DNA of 53,951 nucleotides from assembly GCA_005223125.1 (NCBI GenBank), contig NJBH01000026.1, positions 1 through 53,951 on the forward strand. Direction: 5' to 3'. The translations under genes and the position numbers were made by a program. The notes below the pieces were generated by a model. That model was not told the origin of the DNA, did no database searches, and was given only the letters and a program-made list of their open reading frames with translations. Shown piece by piece: positions 9,416 to 20,318 of the stretch (positions are counted from its first letter, which is position 1; each line of letters begins with the position of its first letter). Source of the stretch: Promethearchaeota archaeon Loki_b32 (GTDB lineage Archaea; Asgardarchaeota; Lokiarchaeia; Sigyniarchaeales; SOKP01).

Positions 9416-12295
9416 ATGTCATCATCAGAGAAGAAAAAAGAAATCTATTATTATAACCAGCCAATTGAACACTTAATAAATACTTTCAATTCTGATATTG
9501 ATCATGGAATAACTTCTTCTGAATTAAATGAGAGACATCTAAAATATGGATATAATGAATTACCTAAAGTTAAAAAATCTATTTGGAAGATTTATTTAGC
9601 ACCTATTTTTAATTTTTTAATTGTAATTTTATTGGTTACAGGGATTGTCATAATTATTTTAGGCTCAATTGGGGATACAATAATTACTTTTACTGTTGTG
9701 ATTATTAATTCAGTTACAGCTATAGTCCAACAATTCCGTGCTCAAAAAGCTCTAGAATCTCTAAGAGAAATATCTGCCTTAAAAACGACAGTTTTACGAG
9801 ATGGGATACAACTTGAAATTAGTACCAGAGAATTAATTCCGGGGGATATAGTACTATTAGAACAGGGAGATAAAATTCCTGCGGATGGAAGATTAATAGA
9901 ACAAATGAATTTAACAATTGATGAAGCTCCATTAACAGGTGAAAGTGAACCAGTAGAAAAAACCAGTAATCCCCTAGAAGAAACAGAAATTTCCCTCCAA
10001 AAACAGTCAAATATGGTATTTATGGGAACTTATGTCCAGACCGGTAGAGCAAAAGAATTAGTAACAGGAATAGGAGAAAATACTGAGATTGGCAAAATTT
10101 CTCAAACATTAAATGAAATGGGTAGTATTGAAGATATTCCTTTAACGAGAAAATTAAACAGATTAGGGTATATCTTAGGGACGATTGTTATCATTAATTT
10201 GATTATTTTAATAATTTATAAACTTTCATGGCTACAGATTCAAGAAAATTTCATTCAAAGTCAAATTATTGATGCTTTAGTAGATTCTATATTGAGAGCT
10301 ATGAATATTGTCCCCATTAATTTACCATTATTATCTACTCTTGTTCTAATCACTGGAGTTCTAAGGATGGCGCAAACTGGAGTCATTATCAAAAACTTAT
10401 CTGCTATAGAATCTCTTGGACGAGTTTCTGTAATTTGTTCAGATAAAACTGGTACTATTACTAAAAATGAGATGACTGTTGAAAAATTTTGGATAAACGA
10501 AGAAGAATATGAAGTCACTGGATCTGGATATGAGGCAGAGGGAGAAATTGTAAAAAATGGAACTCCTATTGATTTAAGCAATAATGCTACATTCCAAAAG
10601 TTTATTGATTCTATGGTCGTCAATAATAATGCGAAACTTGTATTTGAGGATGTTAAAGTAAGATTAAGAGATTTAAGAGAAAAAGCAGTCAGAAGAGCAC
10701 TAGGATCGCCTACAGAAGCGGCTTTATTAGTGTTAGCAGAAAAAGCTGGTTATTATACTTACGATCTACAAAAAAAGTATGAAATTATAACTGAATTTTC
10801 TTTTAGTTCTGAATTTAAAAGGATGACATCAATTTTTAAGCCTACTACGGGAAATCCATATTCTCTTGTTTTTTCAAAAGGTGCTCCTGAAAGAATTTTA
10901 AGTATTTCTTCTCAAATAGAAATAAATGGTACCCTTAAATCTCTTGATAATGATTATAAAAAACAAATTTCTAACAAAATAAATGAACAAGCCAATAAAG
11001 GTTTTAGAATTTTAGCAATTGCTTATAGAATAATAAATTCCGTCAATGAACCTAAAAGAGAAGAAACTGAAAAAGATTTGGTATTTTTAGGATTTGTTTC
11101 AATAATGGATCCGCCTCGTATTGGCGTTAAAGAATCTGTTGAAGATTGTAAAAAAGGTGGTATTAAAGTAGTTATGATTACTGGTGATCATCCCGCAACA
11201 GCTCAAACAATAGCTTCTCAAATGGGCATTTTTTCTGAAGAAAATTTGGTTGCAACTGGAGATCAAGTTAAAAATTTAGCTCTATTAGACTTTAATAAAA
11301 CCACAGTTTTTGCCCGTGTAGAACCAACTGATAAAGAGATTATTGTTGAGAATTACCAAAAACAAAATTTTATTTGTGCTATGACAGGTGATGGTATAAA
11401 TGACGCTCCTGCATTAAAACTTGCGAATGCTGGGATCGCGATGGGAATAACAGGAACTGACCTTGCTAAAGAAACTTCAGATATGGTAATAACAGATGAT
11501 AATTTTGTATCTATTAAAAAAGGTGTTAAAGTAGGCAGGGGAATTTTTGCAAAAATAAGAACTATTATCTTTTTCTTTATTTGTACGAATATAATGGAAG
11601 GTGTCATCTTTTTTACCTTTGAAATTTTACAACCATATACGGGATTTGAATTGTTTGCGTCAAATTGGCAACATATCTATATCTTTGGAATATTGCATTC
11701 TCTTCCATCCTTAGCATTAGTTGTGGATAATCATCCCAAAGATATTATGAATGAAACTCCGAGAAATGAGGAAGAACTATTGAATAAAAATTTATGGATA
11801 TTCCTACTAATACAAGCTTTTCTTGGAGGATTAGGTTTAGTCTTGGCATTACAGTTAACCACAGAAGGTATAATTCCACTGAATCCTTGGAATACAAATA
11901 GCTCTTTAAGTTATATTCCCACTGGAGCAACTGAACCCGATATGATATATATGAAAGCAAGAACAATGTTTATTACAGTTATCTATCTCTTTGAATCATT
12001 TTTTATCTGGACATTTAGACGACCAAATAAATCTCTATATAAGAGTTTAAAGGAAGAAATAAGTTATACACTATTAGTCATATGCTTATTCACGTTAGGA
12101 TTGCATATCTTCTTTATTTGTTTTTCCTATAGTGCAAATTATTACATAAATGATGTATTTGGTTTAAATCTACAAATAAACTTTTTGTTTCTAAGTGGGA
12201 CTGATTGGTTAATTTGTATTATGCTTGCCCTTCCAGGAATTGTCGGTATAGAGTTATTTAAGTACTTTGCTAGAGAGAAGAATATTCATTTTTAA
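9416..12295 (+). CDS. P-type ATPase, P2-like scaffold with non-canonical TM4 motif PINLP
   Basis: TGES, CSDKTGT, KGAPE, DPPR, MITGD, TGDGINDAPAL; about 10 TM. Confidence 0.95.
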   Translation: MSSSEKKKEIYYYNQPIEHLINTFNSDIDHGITSSELNERHLKYGYNELPKVKKSIWKIYLAPIFNFLIVILLVTGIVIIILGSIGDTIITFTVVIINSVTAIVQQFRAQKALESLREISALKTTVLRDGIQLEISTRELIPGDIVLLEQGDKIPADGRLIEQMNLTIDEAPLTGESEPVEKTSNPLEETEISLQKQSNMVFMGTYVQTGRAKELVTGIGENTEIGKISQTLNEMGSIEDIPLTRKLNRLGYILGTIVIINLIILIIYKLSWLQIQENFIQSQIIDALVDSILRAMNIVPINLPLLSTLVLITGVLRMAQTGVIIKNLSAIESLGRVSVICSDKTGTITKNEMTVEKFWINEEEYEVTGSGYEAEGEIVKNGTPIDLSNNATFQKFIDSMVVNNNAKLVFEDVKVRLRDLREKAVRRALGSPTEAALLVLAEKAGYYTYDLQKKYEIITEFSFSSEFKRMTSIFKPTTGNPYSLVFSKGAPERILSISSQIEINGTLKSLDNDYKKQISNKINEQANKGFRILAIAYRIINSVNEPKREETEKDLVFLGFVSIMDPPRIGVKESVEDCKKGGIKVVMITGDHPATAQTIASQMGIFSEENLVATGDQVKNLALLDFNKTTVFARVEPTDKEIIVENYQKQNFICAMTGDGINDAPALKLANAGIAMGITGTDLAKETSDMVITDDNFVSIKKGVKVGRGIFAKIRTIIFFFICTNIMEGVIFFTFEILQPYTGFELFASNWQHIYIFGILHSLPSLALVVDNHPKDIMNETPRNEEELLNKNLWIFLLIQAFLGGLGLVLALQLTTEGIIPLNPWNTNSSLSYIPTGATEPDMIYMKARTMFITVIYLFESFFIWTFRRPNKSLYKSLKEEISYTLLVICLFTLGLHIFFICFSYSANYYINDVFGLNLQINFLFLSGTDWLICIMLALPGIVGIELFKYFAREKNIHF

Positions 12296-12408
12296 TCTTC
12301 TCATTTTAAGATCACAATTTAAATTAAATGATTATTATAGGTTATTTATTATATTGAAATTAGAATTCAATTTTCATTAATTATTTTTAAAAACTTTGGT
12401 AGCCCCGT

Positions 12409-15291
12409 ATGGAATCTACAGAAGAATATTTTTATAATATTGAATTAGAGCAAATCTATAAAAAATTTCAGACAAATCCTGATAATGGATTAACTCTAAA
12501 AGAAGTTAATAAAAGATTAGAAAAATTTGGCTATAATGAAATTCCAAAAGTATCTAAAGGTTTCATTAAAATCTATTTAGCTCCATTATTTAACTGGTTA
12601 ATTGTAATTTATTTAATTGGATCTTTAATTTTATTTTTAGCATGGTTATTTGGTGGAGAAGGTGATGTGACTTTTATTGCAATAACCTTAGGAATTGTGC
12701 TTCTAAATTGTTTAGTTGCAATCATTCAACAATATCGAGCTACAAAAAAACTTAATGCTTTACGTGAATTAACGGCTCCTACATCGACAATTATTAGAGA
12801 TGATCAAAAACAAGATATTCCTACCAAAGAAATTGTAGTTGGCGATTTATTAGTTTTAAATCAAGGAGATAAAATCCCTGCTGATGCTAGAATAATTGAA
12901 TCATATAATTTAGTGATAAATGAGGCTTCTTTAACAGGAGAATCCGAGCCTGTAAGAAAGGCTGAGCTAGGAAAACTCTTAAAGAAAAGAGATATCTCCA
13001 TTGGAGAGCGTAATAATATGGTATTTTATGGAACCTATATCTCTACTGGAAATGGTAAATCAATTGTTGTCAAAACAGGTGGTGATACTGAAATTGGAAA
13101 AATTTCTCATGGATTAGAAGAAGCAGGAACCAGTGAAATTCCTATTAGAAAAAAAATGAATAATTTTGGAAAGTGGTTAGGACTAATTATTTTTGCTTTT
13201 TGGTTTATAATATTAATGATTCTTTGGGCAGTAAGAGGAGAAGCTGATATTGTAGAAAGTATGAATTCCGCGCTTGATCTAATGCCAATCAATTTGCCAC
13301 TGCTCACAACTATTGTTTTGATTACGGGTGTAGTAGCTTTGGCACATCATGGTGTTATAATAAGAAATCTGGCATCTGTTGATAGTTTAGGTAGAGTAAG
13401 CATAGTATGTTCAGATAAAACGGGTACATTAACTAAGAACCAGATGAGCGTTCAACATGTTTGGACAAACGGATCAATATTTCGAGTTACTGGCAGCGGA
13501 TATGCTCCAGAAGGGGAAATAATTTTAATGGATGACCCAAAGAACCCCAATTATGTAAAACATATTGACGATTATCCTTATCTTAAATTATTATTAACTG
13601 CTGGATTTTTAAATAACAACTCAGCATTAATTAAAAATGAAATTGAGATTTCTGGGAAGATTATTCCCAATTGGAATGTCGTAGGTTCTCCAACAGAGGG
13701 TGCTTTAGCAGTATTATTTCAAAAAGGCATGGGAGATTATCTTCTTGATGATTATGAATCTATTACTGAATATCCTTTTGATTCTTCATTAAAAAGAATG
13801 ACAAAACTTTATAAAAGAGATCATGATTACTATTCCTTTACAAAAGGCGCAAGTGAAATTTTAATCCCACATTGTACAAAAATCTTATATAATGATGTAG
13901 AAATTAATTTTAGTGAAGAGATAAAAAATAAGGTAATGGAAATTGTAAATCTATATGCAAATCAGGGTTATCGAATATTAAGTTTATGTTATAAAGTAAT
14001 GGATACAATTCCACCAGAGGGTGATAAAGGAAGAGAAGTTAGTGAATCAAACATGATTTTTATAGGATTTGTAACAATTTTAGACCCTCCTAGAGAAGGA
14101 GTTAAAGAATCTGTAGAACAATGTCATGAAGCAGGTGTAGAGATTGTAATGATTACCGGTGATTCTCCTTCAACAGCAAGAGCAATTGCATCACAAATTG
14201 GTATTGTATCAGATGAGAGTGATATAGCAATTGAAGGAAAAGATATTAAAGATTATGAAGCATACGATGAGTTTAAAAAAATTAAAGTTTTTGCTCGTGT
14301 AGAACCAACTGATAAAGAAGATATAGTAGAACAATATCAGGAACAGAAAAAAGTTGTCGCTATGACTGGTGATGGAGTAAATGATGCTTTAGCATTAAAT
14401 ATGGCAGATGCAGGGGTCGCTATGGGAATAGCAGGAACAGATGTAGCTAAGGAAGCTTCTGATATGGTTATCTCAGATGATTCATTTAACTCAATCGTGA
14501 TTGGTATCCATCATGGAAGAGGAATTTTTGCAAGGATCCGTGTGGTAGTATTCTTTTATATTTGCATCAATATATTTGAAGGATTAGTTCAATTTATATT
14601 AGCAATAATTTTAGATTTACCATATTTCTTAGACGATGCATTTCACTGGCAATGGATATTTCTTTCAATTACCTTACATGTATTTCCAGGTCTAATCTTG
14701 ACTTTTGATTCTACTTCTGATGATGTCATGAAAGAAAAACCAAGAGATTCAGAAGAAATACTTTCTCGAAATATTATGTATCTTCTGTTCATATTTGGAA
14801 TTTTGCTGGCATTAGTCATGGTACTGGTATATTTCGTAACTATGAGTGGAAATTATCCTGTTTTTTTTGAGAATTGGAACTTTGGTGGATTAAATGAAGC
14901 ATACCTCTATTCACCAGAAAATGCTGAATTAAATCCATTTGGGGTAGGCTTAACTGAAGCAAAAGCTCTTACTATGTTAATGGTAACGTTATTCTTTTGT
15001 GAATCATTTCTTATATTTCAAATTAGACGGCCTAATAAGTCTTTAATTAGAAGTCTTATAGAAGATAGTAATAAACGGATGTATCTTATAATAGGCTTTT
15101 TATTTGCGGTTTTCCTTATGTTAATGTATATCCCAGGAGTTCAAATTACATTAGCAAATTGGGGAGTTAATTTTATGTTCATGCTTCTAACCGGTCTTGA
15201 TTGGTTAGTATGTTTCTTGATTTCCTTAATTTGTATTGTTTCTTTTGAGCTTGTAAAATTTTTAGCGCGTAAGAAAAATATATCATTCTAA
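12409..15291 (+). CDS. P-type ATPase paralog, P2-like scaffold with TM4 PINLP
   Basis: TGES, CSDKTGT, KGASE, DPPR, MITGD, TGDGVND; colinear with the upstream paralog. Confidence 0.95.
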   Translation: MESTEEYFYNIELEQIYKKFQTNPDNGLTLKEVNKRLEKFGYNEIPKVSKGFIKIYLAPLFNWLIVIYLIGSLILFLAWLFGGEGDVTFIAITLGIVLLNCLVAIIQQYRATKKLNALRELTAPTSTIIRDDQKQDIPTKEIVVGDLLVLNQGDKIPADARIIESYNLVINEASLTGESEPVRKAELGKLLKKRDISIGERNNMVFYGTYISTGNGKSIVVKTGGDTEIGKISHGLEEAGTSEIPIRKKMNNFGKWLGLIIFAFWFIILMILWAVRGEADIVESMNSALDLMPINLPLLTTIVLITGVVALAHHGVIIRNLASVDSLGRVSIVCSDKTGTLTKNQMSVQHVWTNGSIFRVTGSGYAPEGEIILMDDPKNPNYVKHIDDYPYLKLLLTAGFLNNNSALIKNEIEISGKIIPNWNVVGSPTEGALAVLFQKGMGDYLLDDYESITEYPFDSSLKRMTKLYKRDHDYYSFTKGASEILIPHCTKILYNDVEINFSEEIKNKVMEIVNLYANQGYRILSLCYKVMDTIPPEGDKGREVSESNMIFIGFVTILDPPREGVKESVEQCHEAGVEIVMITGDSPSTARAIASQIGIVSDESDIAIEGKDIKDYEAYDEFKKIKVFARVEPTDKEDIVEQYQEQKKVVAMTGDGVNDALALNMADAGVAMGIAGTDVAKEASDMVISDDSFNSIVIGIHHGRGIFARIRVVVFFYICINIFEGLVQFILAIILDLPYFLDDAFHWQWIFLSITLHVFPGLILTFDSTSDDVMKEKPRDSEEILSRNIMYLLFIFGILLALVMVLVYFVTMSGNYPVFFENWNFGGLNEAYLYSPENAELNPFGVGLTEAKALTMLMVTLFFCESFLIFQIRRPNKSLIRSLIEDSNKRMYLIIGFLFAVFLMLMYIPGVQITLANWGVNFMFMLLTGLDWLVCFLISLICIVSFELVKFLARKKNISF

Positions 15292-15371
15292 ATTGCTTCT
15301 TTTTTCTTTCTTTATTCTTAATTTTGACTAGAATGATTAATTTTTTATTTTGATGTTGATTTCTTTCTTCT

Positions 15372-15914
15372 ATGTTAAAGGGAAAGAGAATTAATTTAGC
15401 TCCAATTAAGAGAGAATATATAGAATCATTTCTCAAATGGTTTAATGATCCAGAAATTACTCAATATTTGGTAAGGTATCGTCCTATGACCAAAATGGGG
15501 GAAGAGGATTGGATTGAAAATCTTAAAAATCAAGAGAATTCTATTCATTTCGCTATCGTCATTTTAGCTGAAGATGGTTCAGAGAAACTTATTGGTAATT
15601 GTGGAATACATAATGTTGATTGGAAAAATAGAGTAGGAGAGTTGGGGATTGTAATTGGAGAAAAAGATTATCAAAACAGAGGATATGGGACTGAAGTGAT
15701 AGAATTGCTATTAGAATACGGGTTCGACACAGTAAATTTAAACAGAATTGAATTATACGTATATGATTATAATATAAGAGCATTAAGATCTTATCAAAAA
15801 GCAGGCTTCACGGAAGAAGGAAGAAAACGGCAATTTATGTGGAATAAGGGAAAATATTATGATGCAATCATAATGGGTATTTTAGCAGAAGAATGGAGTG
15901 AAAAAAAAAAATAA
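15372..15914 (+). CDS. GNAT N-acetyltransferase, RimJ/RimL type
   Basis: ELGIVIGEKDYQNRGYGTE, LNRIELYVYDYNIRALRSYQKAGFTEEG. Confidence 0.92.
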   Translation: MLKGKRINLAPIKREYIESFLKWFNDPEITQYLVRYRPMTKMGEEDWIENLKNQENSIHFAIVILAEDGSEKLIGNCGIHNVDWKNRVGELGIVIGEKDYQNRGYGTEVIELLLEYGFDTVNLNRIELYVYDYNIRALRSYQKAGFTEEGRKRQFMWNKGKYYDAIIMGILAEEWSEKKK

Positions 15915-15925
15915 GAAACTAATAT

Positions 15926-16972
15926 TTATTTTTCTAATTCTTTAAAGTAAGGGATAATTTCATTACGAAAGATTTCATAAACCTGATTAATATCAGGACC
16001 TCGGTTCATAAGAATCATTGCGGTCGCGCCTGCTTCTTTAAACTTTTCTATACTTGCAATGACATCATCAGTAGAACCTAAACAATTAGTGTCTTGAAGG
16101 ATAGTTTCAGGAAGGTTATCTATGCATGATAATTGCTTAGTTGCATCTTTTACTTGCATATCAAAATTATGAATTGTATAATCCGTTGGAAGACATAAAT
16201 CAGGATATATTTGATTAGTTTTTGTTGGATTGAGCACATAGGAAACTCTGAAGAATTCACAGCGTTTAACAGCATTTTCCGGAGTTTCATTATCTATAGC
16301 CACAAAACAATTATATGTATAATCAATTTCTTCTGGATTTCGCCCTACTTTTTTAGCGGCTTCAACTATTTCTTTTTTATTCTCTTTAAATGATCTAGCT
16401 GACTCTACAAAAGGATACCATCCATCTCCTAATTCACCAGTCATTTGACGAGTTTTGGGACTGTTTGCTGCAATATATATAGGAGGAGTATTTTGAATAG
16501 GTTTAACTTGGATATAAGCTCGGTGAATATTACCCCAAAAATCACTTTTTCTACTTACTTTACGTTTTGTCCAAAATTCTCTTAATAACTCAATGTATTC
16601 TCTTAATTTCGATATAGATTTATCACGATTCAATCCGTACATATCAACATTCATTTTTTCTCCTGCACCGAGACCTATCATAGCTCTTCCATTTGAAATT
16701 TGGTCGAGAGTAGCAACTTTTTGAGCCATTAGTGCAGGATGAAACCTATGAGGATCAGAAACACCAGTACATAATTTAGCCTTATTAGTGATCATTGCGA
16801 TTGAGGTGAGAAACATAAAAGCATCAAAACAAGTACCGGGCCCTGGAGGTAGCATTACTGTATGATCTGCATAAAACACATATTCAAAACCACATTGTTC
16901 GGCTTTTTTAGCTCCTTCATACATATAATCAAGCCGAGGGGTGGGAACTGGGATTGAAAATCCAAACTTCAT
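15926..16972 (-). CDS. LLM-class (luciferase-like, probably F420-dependent) oxidoreductase
   Basis: ADH, GVSDPHRFHPALMAQKVATLDQISNGR..GLGAG, PPIYIAA, DGW. Confidence 0.9.
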   Translation of the reverse strand: MKFGFSIPVPTPRLDYMYEGAKKAEQCGFEYVFYADHTVMLPPGPGTCFDAFMFLTSIAMITNKAKLCTGVSDPHRFHPALMAQKVATLDQISNGRAMIGLGAGEKMNVDMYGLNRDKSISKLREYIELLREFWTKRKVSRKSDFWGNIHRAYIQVKPIQNTPPIYIAANSPKTRQMTGELGDGWYPFVESARSFKENKKEIVEAAKKVGRNPEEIDYTYNCFVAIDNETPENAVKRCEFFRVSYVLNPTKTNQIYPDLCLPTDYTIHNFDMQVKDATKQLSCIDNLPETILQDTNCLGSTDDVIASIEKFKEAGATAMILMNRGPDINQVYEIFRNEIIPYFKELEK

Positions 16973-17092
16973 AATAATTAAAATTGTTTGAATCTTAAAA
17001 ACTTCCATGTTCTCCTAACATTTGGGCTAGATTTCAAACTAAAAGGATAAGTTATAAATTATTATTAGATAATATATTTTTAGAATCAATTT

Positions 17093-18232
17093 TTGGAAAG
17101 TGATATTATGGATATTAATGATATAAAAATCGGTACTGAAGGAAGTTTCATTGGCCCCTTTGAAAAAGGAATTGCTAATGTAAAAAGGATAGAAGAGAAT
17201 GGGTATGATTCAGTATGGTTTGCGGATCATCTGATGGGGTGGACACCGGAAAGTATATGGACCCCTGATATTATTAGAGCTGCTGAATTTCAAGATAGCC
17301 CACATTTATTTCATGAAGTATATTCTACTATAGCAGTTGCTGCTTGGAATACCAATAAAATTAAATTAGGTACAAGCGTAACTGAAACTTTTCGAAGAAA
17401 TCCTGCTGTTTTAGCTCAAACATTATTAACACAAGATCATATCTCAAAAGGAAGAGTAATATTAGGTATAGGTGCGGGGGAAGGTGAAAATGTAATACCT
17501 TATGGAATTAAATGGGAGAGTCCTGTAAGTAGGTTAGAGGAATCCATTCAAATAATTAAGCTACTATGGAAGAGCGATAAAAAAGTAAATTTTGAAGGAA
17601 AATTTTGGAATTTGAAAAACGCTGTTCTTTCTCTAAAACCATTCAAGAAAGGAAAATACCCACCGATTTGGATTGCCGCACATGGTCCCAAAATGCTTGA
17701 TTTAACCGGAAGATTAGGGGATGGTTGGATACCTGCATATTCTGATCCTGAATCATATAAATATAGACTAGATCATATCAAAAATTCAGCAAAAAAAGCA
17801 AATAGGGATCCAAATGAAATTACTCCTGCTCTTTTTAGCTTTCTTGTTATTGATGAAGAACATAATATCTGTGATGATATGCTTGAAAATCCCGTAATTA
17901 AAAATCAACTATTAACTATGCCTCCTTCAATGTATAAAAAATATGGAGCAATTCATCCTTTTGGAGAGGATTTTTATGGATTACTTGAATATATACCAAC
18001 AGAATATGATAGAAAAACAGTATTAGAAGCAATAGATAAAATCCCCGCAAAAATGTGTGATGATAATACTTTACATGGGACCCCTGATGAAATTATCAGT
18101 AAAATTGAAGAATATGCTAAAGTGGGTCTAAAACATATTGTTCTTTATAATACAACTTATTTAGCGGATATTACCAAGATAAAAAGTTCATTTGGCTTAT
18201 TGAAAAAAGTATTAGAATATTTTCATGGATAA
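17093..18232 (+). CDS. LLM-class (probably F420-dependent) oxidoreductase, divergent from its paralog
   Basis: GYDSVWFADH, RRNPAVLAQ...DHISKGRVILGIGAGE, PPIWIAAHGPKM, GDGW. Confidence 0.9.
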   Translation: MESDIMDINDIKIGTEGSFIGPFEKGIANVKRIEENGYDSVWFADHLMGWTPESIWTPDIIRAAEFQDSPHLFHEVYSTIAVAAWNTNKIKLGTSVTETFRRNPAVLAQTLLTQDHISKGRVILGIGAGEGENVIPYGIKWESPVSRLEESIQIIKLLWKSDKKVNFEGKFWNLKNAVLSLKPFKKGKYPPIWIAAHGPKMLDLTGRLGDGWIPAYSDPESYKYRLDHIKNSAKKANRDPNEITPALFSFLVIDEEHNICDDMLENPVIKNQLLTMPPSMYKKYGAIHPFGEDFYGLLEYIPTEYDRKTVLEAIDKIPAKMCDDNTLHGTPDEIISKIEEYAKVGLKHIVLYNTTYLADITKIKSSFGLLKKVLEYFHG

Positions 18233-18258
18233 GATTTTACTATAATTAATTTTTTTTT

Positions 18259-19029
18259 TTATTTAAATCCTTGACAAAAAGAATCAACATTTTTGGGTAA
18301 TACGCTATGATTATAACCTCCTTCTAATAAAGCATATCGTCTTCCCTTGCACAATTTTTCCGAATACTCTTTCATTAATCTGCCTAATTCAAAATAATCT
18401 TCAGGGTATAAAAGATGACCCCAATCTTCAATACCTTGGTCAAATCCCGCACTGGCGACAAAGATATCAATATCATTTAATTTTTGCATATATGATTCAA
18501 CTTCTTTTAAATAATGAGAGGGACTACTTGAATCAGGATTAAGAATCTTTACTCTGAAGTTATCACTTCTATTTTTTAAGATATTGACATTTCCATCACC
18601 AAAGTGAAGATCGAAATCTAAGATAAATGCTGAGTTAATCTTCTTATCCGAAAATAGCTTAAGTAAACTAATACTAATATTATTAAAATAGCAGAAACCC
18701 CAGCAAGAATCAGCAGAAGCATGGTGTCCGGGAGGTCTGATAACAGCGAAAGTTGGATTACCCTGATAACCTTCTTCAGCTGCTAAAATTGCTCCTCCCG
18801 CTGCTAAGGAGGCTAATTCATATAGTAATTTATCCCTTCTAATAGATTGGAGGTGTCTTGATGTATGAGCCCTTAAAATATCTTCTTCTTTAGCAGATCC
18901 AGGCGTAATTATCTCATATTCATTATTTTTTGAAATCTTACTCATTATTCCTTCTAAACGACCTGTAGACGCAGCTGGATCCCAAGCATATTCTGAATTA
19001 AAATATTTTTCATGAAAAATGATTTTCAT
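18259..19029 (-). CDS. Zn-dependent deacetylase, histone deacetylase/AcuC family
   Basis: RPPGHHA, GFCYFNN, DFDLHFGDG, SAGFD, LEGGY. Confidence 0.93.
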   Translation of the reverse strand: MKIIFHEKYFNSEYAWDPAASTGRLEGIMSKISKNNEYEIITPGSAKEEDILRAHTSRHLQSIRRDKLLYELASLAAGGAILAAEEGYQGNPTFAVIRPPGHHASADSCWGFCYFNNISISLLKLFSDKKINSAFILDFDLHFGDGNVNILKNRSDNFRVKILNPDSSSPSHYLKEVESYMQKLNDIDIFVASAGFDQGIEDWGHLLYPEDYFELGRLMKEYSEKLCKGRRYALLEGGYNHSVLPKNVDSFCQGFK

Positions 19030-19205
19030 AATTGTCTCATCCTTATTTAATTACATTTAAAAGAACATATGATGAATTATATTTTAATCATTTTGTAAGA
19101 TTAATAGATTTTGATAAAAAAAATGACAACAAATAATGATCATGGATAAAAACAACAACTAAGAAGAAAAAATAAATAGAAAAGAAAAATAATTACAGAT
19201 AAAAT

Positions 19206-20159
19206 CTATAATCTTTTACTTAATTTCTCAATCATATCTTTTGTCATGGAAGCAAGATCATAACTGGGATCCCAATTCCATTCTTCACGAGCAAGCGAAT
19301 CATCTATCGATTTTGGCCAAGAATCTGCAATTTCTTGTCGAAAATCTGGTTCATAATCTATTTGAAATTCTGGAATATGTTTCTTAATTTCAGCAGCAAT
19401 TTCTCCGGCAGAGAAACTTATGCCTGTAACATTATAAACACGACGCTTTAATTTTAAATTATCTGCTTCTAAAAGATCAATCATGCATTTATTACAATCT
19501 GGCATATACATCATAGGTAAATAAGTATCTTCTTTAAGAAAGCAGGTATATTGTTTTTTCTTGATAGCTTCATAAAAGATCTCAACAGCATAATCGGTAG
19601 TCCCTCCCCCTGGAAGCGTTTCACTACTTATTATCCCAGGAAGTCTCATTGAACGAGTATCAAGCCCGTATTTCTTATAATAATATTCTGCTAAAAGTTC
19701 TCCAGCTACTTTAGTGATGCCATACATCGTTGTTGGCTCCAATATAGTAGTATTTGGAGTATTATCTCTTGGAGTAGTAGGACCAAAAGCAGCTATAGAA
19801 CTTGGCCATATTACATTTTTAATCTTGTAACTTCTACTAGTTTCAAGGACATTTATTAACCCATTTATATTTATATTCCATGCAGTCTGAGGCATTTTTT
19901 CTCCAGTAGCTGAGAGAATTGAAGCCATATGAAAGATTGTATCTATTTCATACTCATACAAAACCTTTTTGAGGGCATCGATTTCTAATGCATCCAAATA
20001 AATAAAAGGGCCACCTTCTTTTAGTATTTTGGGGGGAGGTGTACGACGTCCAGTGGCTATTACATTATCATTTCCATATTTTTCTCTAAGTGCAGGGACC
20101 AATTCAGTTCCTATTTGTCCACATGAACCAATTACAAGGATTCTTCTCATTTTGATCAT
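19206..20159 (-). CDS. tdh: L-threonine 3-dehydrogenase (SDR/epimerase type)
   Basis: GSCGQIG, PSSIAAFGP, YGITK, PGGGTTDYAV, LPMMYMPD; divergent from kbl. Confidence 0.88.
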   Translation of the reverse strand: MIKMRRILVIGSCGQIGTELVPALREKYGNDNVIATGRRTPPPKILKEGGPFIYLDALEIDALKKVLYEYEIDTIFHMASILSATGEKMPQTAWNININGLINVLETSRSYKIKNVIWPSSIAAFGPTTPRDNTPNTTILEPTTMYGITKVAGELLAEYYYKKYGLDTRSMRLPGIISSETLPGGGTTDYAVEIFYEAIKKKQYTCFLKEDTYLPMMYMPDCNKCMIDLLEADNLKLKRRVYNVTGISFSAGEIAAEIKKHIPEFQIDYEPDFRQEIADSWPKSIDDSLAREEWNWDPSYDLASMTKDMIEKLSKRL

Positions 20160-20318
20160 TTTTTTTATTCAATAGCATTTAGTATTATTCATAGTTTAGT
20201 CAATATAAAAAATTTTATTTATTTCCTAACTGCTGGATTGATAAAACTAATATACTTTTCTAAATACCATTAAATTATTAATTTTCTCAACATACGTAAA
20301 ACTAATAATGGTGATTAC

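Noticed and set aside
18259-19029. Eukaryote-like chromatin histone deacetylase
   Set aside because: Short prokaryotic AcuC/HDAC-family enzymes are widespread, and the substrate is unknown.
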